A stretch of DNA of 64,000 bases from positions 1,483-65,482 of the forward strand of contig DASYLJ010000101.1 in NCBI GenBank assembly GCA_036009625.1, written 5' to 3'. Positions within the stretch are counted from its first letter, which is position 1; each line of letters begins with the position of its first letter. The position numbers and the translations under genes are program-made. This DNA is from Candidatus Binatia bacterium. Its GTDB lineage: Bacteria; Desulfobacterota; Binatia; DP-6. Under the pieces are notes generated by a model, which saw nothing but the letters and a program-made list of their open reading frames with translations, had not been told where the DNA came from and ran no database searches. Shown here in pieces: positions 32,064 to 40,457 of the stretch.

Positions 32064-32204
32064 CGGGTCGGGTGTGGACGGCGCGGGGGCGACGTCCGAG
32101 CGAGCGCGTCGAGAGCACGCGCGGAGGGGAAAAGGGGCGGCGGGGTGCCGTGCGAACGCCGCGCGCAGCCGGACGCCGTCCCCGCGCCGTCCGCGCCCGA
32201 CCCG
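32064..32204 (+). repeat. palindromic G-rich intergenic element, copy A (34-bp imperfect terminal inverted repeats plus conserved core)
   Basis: 32064-32097 is the reverse complement of 32171-32204 with 4 mismatches. The roughly 75-nt core (CGAGCGAGC..GCACGCG..GGTGCCGTGCGA..GCCGCGCGCAGCCG) is about 80% identical, by manual alignment, to the core of the element at 53659-53793, in the same orientation. Confidence 0.6.
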
Positions 32205-32270
32205 ACGCGCACTTGCCGTGCCCTCCGGGGTTGCCGGGACACGCCCGTACTGAGTAGACTGCCGGCCCTT

Positions 32271-34022
32271 ATGGCCAGCTCGAACGCCGCCCTCAACGCC
32301 TGGGTCGACGAGGTCGCCCAGCTCTGTTCCCCCGCCCGCATCCACTGGGTGGACGGCTCCCAGGCCGAGCACGACAAGCTCATCGCCGAGATGCTCGACT
32401 CCGGCGTGCTCGAGCGGCTCAACGCCGAGAAGTTCCCGAACTCCTACCTTCATCGCTCGGACCCGAGCGACGTCGCCCGTACCGAGCACCTCACCTTCAT
32501 CTGCACGGAGAAGCAGGACGACACCGGGCCGAACAACAACTGGATGCCGCCCGCCGACGCGAAGAAGAAGGTCGGCGCGCTCTTCAAGGGCGCGATGGCC
32601 GGTCGCACCATGTACGTCATCCCGTACGTCATGGGCCCGCTCGGCTCGCCGCTCAGCAAGGTCGGCGTCGAGATCACCGACAGCCCCTACGTCGTCGTCA
32701 ACATGCGCATCATGACCCGCATGGGCGACGCCGCGCTGAAGCAGCTCGGCCAGAGCGACGATTTCGTGCGCGGTCTGCACTCGCTCGGCGATCTCTCACC
32801 GGACCGCCGCTTCATCCTGCACTTCCCGCAGGAGAAGCTCATCTGGAGCGTCGGGTCGGGCTACGGCGGCAACGCGCTGCTCGGCAAGAAGTGCTTCGCG
32901 CTCCGCATCGCCAGCACCCAGGCACGCGACGAAGGTTGGCTCGCCGAGCACATGCTCATCGTCGGCATCGAGAACCCGCAGGGCGAGACACACTACGTCG
33001 CGGCGGCGTTCCCGAGCGCGTGCGGCAAGACCAACCTGGCCATGCTCGTCCCCCCTGCGTCGCAGAAGGGCTGGAAGGTCTGGACCGTCGGCGACGACAT
33101 CGCCTGGCTGCGTCCGGGCCCCGACGGGCGGCTGTGGGCCATCAACCCCGAGGCCGGCTTCTTCGGCGTCGCGCCGGGCACGTCGTCGAAGACGAACCCG
33201 AACGCAATGAAGACGCTGCAGGGCAACTCCATCTTCACCAACGTCGCCGTCACGCCGGACGGCTCTCCGTGGTGGGAGGGCATCGACGGTGCGGTGCCGG
33301 AGAAGATGACCGACTGGCAGGGCAAGCCGTGGACACCGCAGTCGGAGGGCAAAGCCGCCCATCCGAACTCGCGCTTCACCGCACCCGCGCGCCAGTGCCC
33401 GTCGATCTCGCCGAACTGGGAGGAGCCGCAGGGCGTGCCGATCTCGGCGTTCGTCTTCGGCGGCCGTCGCGCCCGCACCGCGCCGCTCGTGCTGCAGGCG
33501 TTCGACTGGAACCACGGCGTCTTCGTCGCTGCCTCCGTCGCCTCGGAGACCACCGCCGCGCAGAGCGGCGCCGTCGGCGTCGTGCGCCGTGATCCCATGG
33601 CGATGCTGCCCTTCTGTGGCTACAACATGGCCGACTACTTCGGGCACTGGCTGAAGATGGGCACCGCGGTGAAGAACCCGCCCGCCATCTTCCACGTCAA
33701 CTGGTTCCGCCAGAACGCCGACGGCAAGTTCCTCTGGCCCGGCTTCGGCGAGAACCTTCGGGTTCTGCGCTGGATCCTCGAGCGCGCCCAGGGCAAAGGC
33801 GCCGCAGTGAAGGCTCCCATCGGCTACCTGCCGGAGAAGGGCGCCATCGACACCACCGGCATCGACGTCTCGCCGGCGGTGATGGACGAGCTGCTCACCG
33901 TCGACCCCGAAGCGTGGCGCGGCGAGGTCGCCGGCATCGGCGAGTTCTTCGACAAGTTCGGCGACCGACTGCCGAAGGAGCTCGAACGCCAGCGCCAGGA
34001 GCTGGCGAAGCGTCTCGGCTGA
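32271..34022 (+). CDS. pckG: phosphoenolpyruvate carboxykinase (GTP)
   Basis: From ATG 32271: ...[16 protein letters not shown]...[34 protein letters not shown]...HPNSRFT...FHVNWFR... are GTP-PEPCK signatures. Confidence 0.95.
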   Translation: MASSNAALNAWVDEVAQLCSPARIHWVDGSQAEHDKLIAEMLDSGVLERLNAEKFPNSYLHRSDPSDVARTEHLTFICTEKQDDTGPNNNWMPPADAKKKVGALFKGAMAGRTMYVIPYVMGPLGSPLSKVGVEITDSPYVVVNMRIMTRMGDAALKQLGQSDDFVRGLHSLGDLSPDRRFILHFPQEKLIWSVGSGYGGNALLGKKCFALRIASTQARDEGWLAEHMLIVGIENPQGETHYVAAAFPSACGKTNLAMLVPPASQKGWKVWTVGDDIAWLRPGPDGRLWAINPEAGFFGVAPGTSSKTNPNAMKTLQGNSIFTNVAVTPDGSPWWEGIDGAVPEKMTDWQGKPWTPQSEGKAAHPNSRFTAPARQCPSISPNWEEPQGVPISAFVFGGRRARTAPLVLQAFDWNHGVFVAASVASETTAAQSGAVGVVRRDPMAMLPFCGYNMADYFGHWLKMGTAVKNPPAIFHVNWFRQNADGKFLWPGFGENLRVLRWILERAQGKGAAVKAPIGYLPEKGAIDTTGIDVSPAVMDELLTVDPEAWRGEVAGIGEFFDKFGDRLPKELERQRQELAKRLG

Positions 34023-34040
34023 CGCCGGGACTGCGCGCGC

Positions 34041-34799
34041 TCAGCTCGCGGGACGTTCGCCGCGTGCGATCCGCATCTCGCGCTCGAGCTTGTCGAAGAC
34101 CTGCGGCCCGTCCGCCAGCGTCGGGCCCACCTGCACCGCCTTGGCACCCTTCGCCAGCGTGCGCGTGACGTCGTAGCCCGACCAGAAGCCGCCCATCGCG
34201 ATGACGTCGATCGGCGTCTCGGCCTCGAGCAGCAGTCGCTCGAAGCCGGTGAAGTCGTTGCGCGCCACGGCCGCGCTGACGCCGGCGGCTGTGAGGATGG
34301 CCGTCACCGCCTTGTACGGCACCGGCATGTCCGGCAGCTGCACCCACACCGGCGCACTGCTCGACAGCACCGCGCGGGTGACGATCTGCTCGAGCATCTC
34401 GAGGTCGTCGAACGGCCCGAGGGTTGCCGACACCCACGGCTCCGCGAGATCGAGCTCGACGGCCGACGCGCCCGCTTCCGAGAAGACCCGGGCGAGCAAC
34501 GCGTACTCGTCGGCCGTGCCGCCCGCGACGCTGGCGATGACCGGCCGCTCGCCGATCTCCACCAGCTCGCGCACCAGCGGCACCAGCTTGTCGTAGCCGG
34601 GGTTGTGCAGCGTGCGGAACTCCGGGTGCACGAACGGATGGACCGTCGCCGTGCGCAGGACGACGGCACCGGTACGCGACCGCGCCAGCGCCCGCAGCTC
34701 GGCCATGGTGACGACGCTCCCGGCGGCGTTCATGACGCTGAACGGCAGCGTGACGCCGCCGGCGACCGCGCCGAGGTCGGCTTCGGGACGTGTGCTCAC
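34041..34799 (-). CDS. dihydroorotate dehydrogenase-like (class-1 DHOD/DHPD TIM-barrel) protein
   Basis: From GTG 34799 (GTGA overlap with the JAMM gene stop): ...LPFSVMNAAGSVVTMAELRALARSRTGAVVLRTATVHP...ASVAGGTADEY...AVELDLAEPW...VIAMGGFWSGYDV...GAKAVQVG... The family-level call is moderate; the substrate is unknown. Confidence 0.65.
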   Translation of the reverse strand: MSTRPEADLGAVAGGVTLPFSVMNAAGSVVTMAELRALARSRTGAVVLRTATVHPFVHPEFRTLHNPGYDKLVPLVRELVEIGERPVIASVAGGTADEYALLARVFSEAGASAVELDLAEPWVSATLGPFDDLEMLEQIVTRAVLSSSAPVWVQLPDMPVPYKAVTAILTAAGVSAAVARNDFTGFERLLLEAETPIDVIAMGGFWSGYDVTRTLAKGAKAVQVGPTLADGPQVFDKLEREMRIARGERPAS

Positions 34800-35470
34800 T
34801 TGTGCTTCTTTCGCGCCACCGCGGTGCGCTTGGCGGCGGGCTTCTTTTTCAGAACGAGCTTCTTCTTCGCGGCGGGCTTCTTCGCGGCGGGCTTCTTCGC
34901 GGCAGGCTTCTTCGCCGGTGCCGCCTTCTTCTTCGCGGCGACCTTCGTCTTCGGCGCGGGCTTCTTCACCGCCGCCTGCTTCTTCGCCGGCGCGGCCTTG
35001 CGGGCAGGTCCCCGGACCTCGAGCGGCTGCTCGATGAAGTCCTGCGTCGTCTCGTCCCAGCGGAACGCGCGCACCTCGCCCTCGAGCCGGGCATCGGAGA
35101 GCACCACGTAGGAGACGTCGGGATACGAGGGTTCGTCGCCGAACATGGCGCGGGTGCGATCCTCGTCGGAGAAGTACGAGCCGTTGATCGCGTGCGAGTG
35201 GTAGAAGACCGCCAGCCGCGCGCCGGGCTCCTCGCCCGCGCGAATCGCCGCGAAGAGCTCCTTCGGCTCGGGCGCATAGCCCATCGCCGCGGTGCGCGGG
35301 TTCTCGGCGGGATTGTCGGCGTGCAGACGATTCTGGATGTTGGTGAAGCGCAGCACGCGGTCGTTTCCGTTCTGCGTCACGACGGCACCGCAGCACTCGT
35401 CGGGAAGCTCGCCACGCGCGTGGGCGAACATGTCGTCGAGGGCTGCACGATCGAGCGTCAATTTCTCCAT
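34796..35470 (-). CDS. JAMM/MPN+ metalloprotease (Mov34/Mec-like) fused to Lys/Ala/Pro-rich histone-H1-like tail
   Basis: From ATG 35470: ...LPDECCGAVV... and FYHSHAINGSYFSDED form a complete E...HSH-x7-S-xx-D JAMM motif. The C-terminal ~75 aa read PARKAAPAKKQAAVKKPAPKTKVAAKKKAAPAKKPAAKKPAAKKPAAKKKLVLKKKPAAKRTAVARKKHK. Confidence 0.8.
   Translation of the reverse strand: MEKLTLDRAALDDMFAHARGELPDECCGAVVTQNGNDRVLRFTNIQNRLHADNPAENPRTAAMGYAPEPKELFAAIRAGEEPGARLAVFYHSHAINGSYFSDEDRTRAMFGDEPSYPDVSYVVLSDARLEGEVRAFRWDETTQDFIEQPLEVRGPARKAAPAKKQAAVKKPAPKTKVAAKKKAAPAKKPAAKKPAAKKPAAKKKLVLKKKPAAKRTAVARKKHK
34863..34915 (-). repeat. 3.5 tandem copies of a 15-bp unit encoding (P)AAKK repeats
   Basis: Plus-strand unit TTCTTCGCGGCGGGC at 34863, 34878 and 34893 (one A/G change), plus a partial copy at 34908. 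It lies in-frame inside the JAMM gene tail. Confidence 0.8.
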
Positions 35471-36435
35471 GGGGCCTCGTCCGTCCTGGCGCGCCGCACG
35501 CGCGCGTGGATCATGCGGGTGAGCGTGGCGTTGGTCGGAGTGGGCACGCCGAGCGCGGCACCCCGCCTGACCACCCAACCGTTGATGGCATCGATCTCCG
35601 TGGGCCGGCCGCGCTCGAGATCCTGCAACATGGACGAGCGATGCCGCGCCGTCGAGGGCACGAGCCGGCCGAAGAACAGGGCACGGTAGGCGTCGGCGTC
35701 GGTCCAGGGCAGCTCGACCCCCGACGCGACGGCGACCGCGAACGCCTCGCCGATGACCTCGTCCATGATGGCGCGGGCGTCGGGATCGTCGGGCAGCCAG
35801 CCGTACGGCACACCGAGGAGCGCGCCGAGCGGATTCAGCGCGGCGCTGTAGAAGACCTTCGCCCACAGCTCGGCGAGGAGGGTACGGGTCGGCTCGGACG
35901 GTATGCCGGCGTCGGCCAGCGCCGCGGCCCAGCGCACGGCTGCGTCATCGCCGCCGGTGGGGCTCCCGATCAGCGTAGGGGCGGCGTGCACCGTCACCCG
36001 GACACGTCCGGGAGCCGCGATCTCGGAGCCGAAGATGACGCGGGCGCCGAGCACTCGCGCCGCACCGACCACCTCTGCCGCCGCCTCGAGGTTGCCGAGA
36101 CCGTTCTGCATCGAGATGAGCGTTCCGTCCACGGCCAGCCGAGGTGCGATCGCGGCGCTCATGGCGGCCGTGTCCCATGCTTTGACGGTCAGCAGGATGG
36201 CCCCGAAGGTTCCCTGCAGCTCGTCCGCGCTGGTCGCACAGGCGAGGCCGCGGACGTGGTGGTCGCCGTAGAGCCCCTCCACGAACAGGCCGTCACGCGC
36301 GACGGCGTCCAGATGGTCGTGGCGCCCGAGCAGCGTCACCGGCCAGCCGCGTCGCGCCACCAGGCCCCCGACGACCGAGCCGAGCGCCCCGGCGCCCGCC
36401 ACCAGCACGGGCACGGGTCCATCGGTCGCGGCCAT
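35458..36435 (-). CDS. 2-dehydropantoate 2-reductase family (PanE/ApbA-like) oxidoreductase
   Basis: From ATG 36435: ...VLVAGAGALGSVVGGLVARRGWPVTLLGR...LLTVKAWDT...SMQNGLG...LWAKVFYSAALNPLGALL...SSMLQDLERGRPTEIDAING... It overlaps the JAMM gene start by 13 nt. Confidence 0.75.
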   Translation of the reverse strand: MAATDGPVPVLVAGAGALGSVVGGLVARRGWPVTLLGRHDHLDAVARDGLFVEGLYGDHHVRGLACATSADELQGTFGAILLTVKAWDTAAMSAAIAPRLAVDGTLISMQNGLGNLEAAAEVVGAARVLGARVIFGSEIAAPGRVRVTVHAAPTLIGSPTGGDDAAVRWAAALADAGIPSEPTRTLLAELWAKVFYSAALNPLGALLGVPYGWLPDDPDARAIMDEVIGEAFAVAVASGVELPWTDADAYRALFFGRLVPSTARHRSSMLQDLERGRPTEIDAINGWVVRRGAALGVPTPTNATLTRMIHARVRRARTDEAPWRN

Positions 36436-36517
36436 CCGCGCACGATACGTGCCCGTACCCGGCGCGACAAGGCGATCGCGTTGACCGCGCGACGACGGAT
36501 TGCGTATCGTCCGCCGC

Positions 36518-37636
36518 GTGATCCAGGCCGACCGGTTGCAGTCGCTGTTCCTCGAGCTGGTCCAGATCGACAGCCTGTCACGCCGCGAAGGCGAGATCGC
36601 CAGACGCCTCGCCCGCGAGATGCAGGCCCTCGGCGCCACCGTCACCTTCGACCGCGCCGGCGAAGCCGTGAGTGGCGAAGTCGGCAACCTGGTGGCCCGC
36701 ATCCCGGGCACCGCCGACGCCCCCGCCATGCTGCTCTGCGCCCACATGGATACCGTCGAGCCCGGCGCCGGCGTGAAGCCGGTGGTCGAGGGCGACGTCA
36801 TCCGCAGCGACGGCACGACGGTCCTCGGCGGCGACGACAAGTCGGGCGTGGGGATCATCTGCGAGGTCGTCCGCGTCTGCCGCGAGCACGGCCTGCGACA
36901 CCCGCCGATCGACGTCGTCTTCACCGTCTGCGAGGAGGTCGGACTGCTCGGCGCGCGCCACCTCGACCTGTCGCTGGTGGAGGCCAAGCGCGGTTTCGTG
37001 TTCGACAGCGACGCGGTCGGGTTCGTGTTCACCCGCGCGCCCGGATCGAACCTGCTCGAGGTGGTCATCCACGGCCAGGCGGCGCACGCCGGCATGGCGC
37101 CCGAGCAGGGCGTCAGCGCCATCCGCGTCGCCGCCGATGCCATCGCCGCCATGCGCCTCGGTCGCATCGACGAGGAGACCACCGCCAACATCGGCCTCAT
37201 CTCCGGCGGTCGCGCCATCAACATCATCCCGGACGAGGTGCGCATCCGCGGCGAGGCGCGCAGCCACGATCCCAACAAGCTCACCGCCCAATGCGCCCAC
37301 ATGCGACAGTGCGTCGACGACGCCGTTGCCCGTCACCCCGGCTCCTCCGCCGACGTCTCCGTCAAGGCGATGTACGAGCCCATGAAGGTCGACGAGAACG
37401 CCGCCATCATGCGTCTGCTACGCGCCGCCGCCGAGCAGGTGGGCCGCCCGATCACGTCGGCGGGGATGGGCGGCGGCTGCGACGCCAACGTCCTGAACGA
37501 GCGCGGACTCGAAGTCGTGAACCTCGGCACCGGCATGCGCGAGATCCACACCACGCACGAGTGGCTGAAGGTGAGCGACATGGTCGCCACCGCCGAAGTC
37601 ACGCTCGCCGCAGTGACGCTCGCCGCCGACCAGTGA
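36518..37636 (+). CDS. M20-family metallopeptidase (PepT/tripeptidase-like)
   Basis: ...LELVQIDSLSRREGEIA...GNLVARIPG...LLCAHMDTVEPG...VLGGDDKSGVGII...FTVCEEVGLLGA...GGGCDANV... GTG 36518 is preferred; the ORF opens at TTG 36500. Confidence 0.8.
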   Translation: MIQADRLQSLFLELVQIDSLSRREGEIARRLAREMQALGATVTFDRAGEAVSGEVGNLVARIPGTADAPAMLLCAHMDTVEPGAGVKPVVEGDVIRSDGTTVLGGDDKSGVGIICEVVRVCREHGLRHPPIDVVFTVCEEVGLLGARHLDLSLVEAKRGFVFDSDAVGFVFTRAPGSNLLEVVIHGQAAHAGMAPEQGVSAIRVAADAIAAMRLGRIDEETTANIGLISGGRAINIIPDEVRIRGEARSHDPNKLTAQCAHMRQCVDDAVARHPGSSADVSVKAMYEPMKVDENAAIMRLLRAAAEQVGRPITSAGMGGGCDANVLNERGLEVVNLGTGMREIHTTHEWLKVSDMVATAEVTLAAVTLAADQ

Positions 37637-37729
37637 CCGTGCCTAAAGCGCGCGTACCACGCATGCCGCGCCGGCTTCGCCGGCCGCGGCACGATGATCG
37701 CGCGTAGACGGACGCGCCACTCTCGCCGT

Positions 37730-37752
37730 GCCCCAAGACAAGGTCTTGGGGC
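37730..37752. terminator. hairpin between convergent genes (possible bidirectional terminator)
   Basis: GCCCCAAGAC-AAG-GTCTTGGGGC is a 10-bp perfect stem. It sits between the M20 peptidase stop (37636) and the minus-strand gene stop (37763). There is no clear U-tract. Confidence 0.4.
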
Positions 37753-37762
37753 AGCTACGCAG

Positions 37763-38728
37763 CTACGCCGCCCCGCGAGCGCGTTCCGCGGTCTGCGTGC
37801 GCGCCCGGAGCCGCGGCAGCTCGGCGCCCGAGAGGAGGAAGATCATGCCACCGATGATGCCGGTCGCGGCCGTCATCGCGAACCACAGGATGCCCATGGT
37901 CACCGCGATGGAATCGTCGATGTGGATGCGCGTCAGGAAATACAGGTAGCCCCCCTCGCGCACGCCGAAGCCGCCGATGCTGACCGGCATCGCCATCATC
38001 AGGCTCAGCATCGGGTGGATGATCATGCAGTACGAGAACGGCAGCTCGGCACCTGCGGCGCGCGCGATGTAGTACTGCACCGCCACCTGCGACATGTGGA
38101 ACACGATCGACACTACGCTCACGCGCAGCAGGAGCCCGGTGTCGCGCCAGAACGGACCGAGGTCGTCCTCGACCTGGCGCCGCAGGCGATTGCCGACGGG
38201 CAGCAGGCGCACCAGGAGCGGGCAGGTCCACCAGCCGACCACGAGCGTCAGGCCGCCGGCGATGCACGCCGCGCTCAGGATCCACGGGAAGTCGTACTGC
38301 GGGAAGGCGATCAGAGCCGCGGCCCCCGTCGCCATCAGGAGCGCCAGGCCAGTGATGCGGTCGAAGATCACCGAGTTCAGCGCCAGGACGGGCCGGCGGC
38401 CGTCGCCGAGATAGAGCCCGCGCACGACGTCGCCACCGATGGTGCTGAGCCCGAAGACGTTGAAGAAGGCGCCGATGTAGTAGAAGCGGATGTACTCGTG
38501 CCACGGGCGGTCGAGGCCGACGGAGCGCCCCAGCATGCCCCACTTGATGCCGCTCAGCGCCTGCCCCGCCAGGAAGATGGCGAGCGGAAGCACGAGATTG
38601 CCGAGCTTCACCGCCGCCAGCGCCGCGCGCAGGTCGGCGTTGTCCACATCCACGAGGATGTAGGCGATGATGCCGGCGCTCACGCCGACGCGGAGCAACC
38701 ACCGCGCTACACCCCGGGCCCGATCCAC
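37763..38728 (-). CDS. flippase-like membrane protein (lysyl-PG synthase TM region / UPF0104 family)
   Basis: Lower part of ORF 37763..39559 from GTG 38728: 8 or more hydrophobic spans, ...FYYIGAFFNVFGLSTIGGDVVRG...MPVSIGGFGVREGG..., typical of LPG_synthase_TM. Confidence 0.65.
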   Translation of the reverse strand: MDRARGVARWLLRVGVSAGIIAYILVDVDNADLRAALAAVKLGNLVLPLAIFLAGQALSGIKWGMLGRSVGLDRPWHEYIRFYYIGAFFNVFGLSTIGGDVVRGLYLGDGRRPVLALNSVIFDRITGLALLMATGAAALIAFPQYDFPWILSAACIAGGLTLVVGWWTCPLLVRLLPVGNRLRRQVEDDLGPFWRDTGLLLRVSVVSIVFHMSQVAVQYYIARAAGAELPFSYCMIIHPMLSLMMAMPVSIGGFGVREGGYLYFLTRIHIDDSIAVTMGILWFAMTAATGIIGGMIFLLSGAELPRLRARTQTAERARGAA

Positions 38729-38825
38729 TTTCGCGATTGTCTCGATTGCTGGACCTTTTGCAATCACTTTTGGGTTCGTCGGTTTCCTTGACTCCACGGA
38801 CCCCACCCGGCTAAGGCGCACGCCG

Positions 38826-40223
38826 ATGGCCCAAGCGGAGCGGCGTGAGTCGACCGACTTGATCGTCGTCGGCGCCAGTGTAGGTGGATTGCTCGCAGCC
38901 ATCCTTGCTGCGGATCGCGGATGCCACGTCGTCGTGCTCGAACGCACACGAGAGCTCGGCGGCGGCGCGGCCACCGGCACCGGCCTTCTGGCGGCCGCTG
39001 GCACGCGCTGGCAGCGCGACACGGGCATCGACGACGCACCGGAGAAGCTCCTCGCCGACCTGCGCGCCGTCACGCAGCACCACGTCGAGCCCGAGGTGGC
39101 GCAGGCGGTGGTCGAGCAGGGGGCGTGGATCGTCGAGTGGCTCGCCGATCGCTGTGGTGCCGCCATCGACCTCACGCGGCAACCGACCAACGTGCACTCG
39201 GTGCATCGCCTGCACGCGTGCGGCCAACAGGGCGGCACCAGCCTGGTGACGGCGCTGACGCGCGTCGCGTCGCGCCACAACCGGATCCGGATGCGACCCG
39301 GCAGCGAGGTGCAGTCGCTGCTGCGGGACTCCGCCGGCGCGGTCACGGGCGTGGCGCTGCGTCCCGAGCGACGCGGCACGGCGGCGATCGCCGGTCGCGT
39401 CCTCCTGGCTTGCGGCGGATTCGGCGGCGATGACGCCCTCATCGGCGAGCACTGCCCCGACGCCGCGTCCCTGCCGCATCCCGCCCCCGCGCTCGCCGAC
39501 GGCACCGGCCTGCGGCTCGGCCTGTCGGTCGGCGCCGGCACGCACGAGCTGGATGCCATCGAGGTGACGCCGTTCCTCGCTCAGCCCTCGCTGCTGCCGG
39601 TGCCGGACACGTTGATCGAGCTGGGCGCCATCATGGTCAACCAGAGCGGCAGACGCTTCGTCGGCGAGGACGGCGACGCGCTGCCCCTGGCGCGCGAGGT
39701 CCGCGCCCAGCCGGGACACATCGCCTATCTGGTGTTCGACGACCGCATCGTGCGGCAGGCATCCGTCGACCCGTTCTTCGAGCACGTCGTCCTGCCGCGC
39801 GCGGGGCGCCGCGGCTCGACGCTCAAGTATCTCGCACGTCAGCTCGACCTCGACGCCGAAGGGCTCACGATGACGGTCGAGAACTTCAACGCCAATCTCG
39901 AGCTGGGCGGCGATCCCTTCGGGCGCCAGCGATGCGGCAACCCGCTCGAGCCGACGTTCCACGCCATTCGCGTCACCGGCGCCCGTCTGCGCACGCTCGG
40001 CGGCCTCACCACCAACGCCGACGCCCGGGTTCTCGACCCGAGCGGCACGCCGATCCCCCGCCTCTATGCCGTCGGCGGAACGGCAGCCTGCTTCTTCGCC
40101 AGAGACGCGACCAGCGCCATCGAAGGGCTCGACCTGCTGACCACGCTCGCCATGGCCCGCCGCGCCGCCCAATGCGTCGTCAGAGCCACTCAGGACCCCG
40201 GCGAGGAAACGTCCGCGACCTGA
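38826..40223 (+). CDS. FAD-dependent oxidoreductase (FAD_binding_2; fumarate reductase / 3-ketosteroid dehydrogenase-like)
   Basis: From ATG 38826: DLIVVGASVGGLLAAILAADRGCHVVVLERTRELGGGAATGTG...TRWQRDTGIDD... plus the C-terminal ...RLYAVGGTAA... FAD-anchoring motif. Confidence 0.75.
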   Translation: MAQAERRESTDLIVVGASVGGLLAAILAADRGCHVVVLERTRELGGGAATGTGLLAAAGTRWQRDTGIDDAPEKLLADLRAVTQHHVEPEVAQAVVEQGAWIVEWLADRCGAAIDLTRQPTNVHSVHRLHACGQQGGTSLVTALTRVASRHNRIRMRPGSEVQSLLRDSAGAVTGVALRPERRGTAAIAGRVLLACGGFGGDDALIGEHCPDAASLPHPAPALADGTGLRLGLSVGAGTHELDAIEVTPFLAQPSLLPVPDTLIELGAIMVNQSGRRFVGEDGDALPLAREVRAQPGHIAYLVFDDRIVRQASVDPFFEHVVLPRAGRRGSTLKYLARQLDLDAEGLTMTVENFNANLELGGDPFGRQRCGNPLEPTFHAIRVTGARLRTLGGLTTNADARVLDPSGTPIPRLYAVGGTAACFFARDATSAIEGLDLLTTLAMARRAAQCVVRATQDPGEETSAT

Positions 40224-40241
40224 CGCCCCGAAACGGGACGC

Positions 40242-40457
40242 TCAGTTCGAACGACGGTCGCGGCCGGTCACGGCCAGGTTCACGAGCGCGAAGAAGAGCT
40301 CGTCGAGCGACTCATAGACGAAGGGCGAGCTCTTGCCGACGCCCTTGATGTCGTCGGCACGCGTGCTCCAGCCGCGCAGATCGTCGCCGTACACCGGGTA
40401 CACCGCCGCCCCGATGCGTAGGTACGTGCGGGACGCGCTACCGATGCTGGGGGTCAT
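40242..40457 (-). CDS. hypothetical 71-aa protein
   Basis: MTPSIGSASRTYLRIGAAVYPVYGDDLRGWSTRADDIKGVGKSSPFVYESLDELFFALVNLAVTGRDRRSN. Strong GC3 bias, and its ATG forms an ATGA overlap with the acyltransferase stop. Confidence 0.5.
   Translation of the reverse strand: MTPSIGSASRTYLRIGAAVYPVYGDDLRGWSTRADDIKGVGKSSPFVYESLDELFFALVNLAVTGRDRRSN

Noticed and set aside
32072-32257. 61-aa ORF within repeat copy A, and the analogous ORF at 53666 in copy B
   Set aside because: The translations are Arg/Gly-rich and differ in frame-consistent ways that are better explained by nucleotide-level conservation of a palindromic element than by a conserved peptide.
34863-34915. Direct repeats considered as a possible CRISPR or VNTR locus
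   Set aside because: Contiguous 15-bp units with no spacers lie in-frame inside a CDS and encode AAKKP repeats. This is a coding tandem repeat, not a CRISPR array.
35506-37707. 733-aa plus-strand ORF and 614-aa minus-strand ORF 35458..37302
   Set aside because: The plus ORF is Arg/Pro/Gly-rich nonsense out of frame with the M20 peptidase. Only the lower third of the minus ORF (35458-36435) is PanE-like; the upper part is antisense to the M20 peptidase gene.
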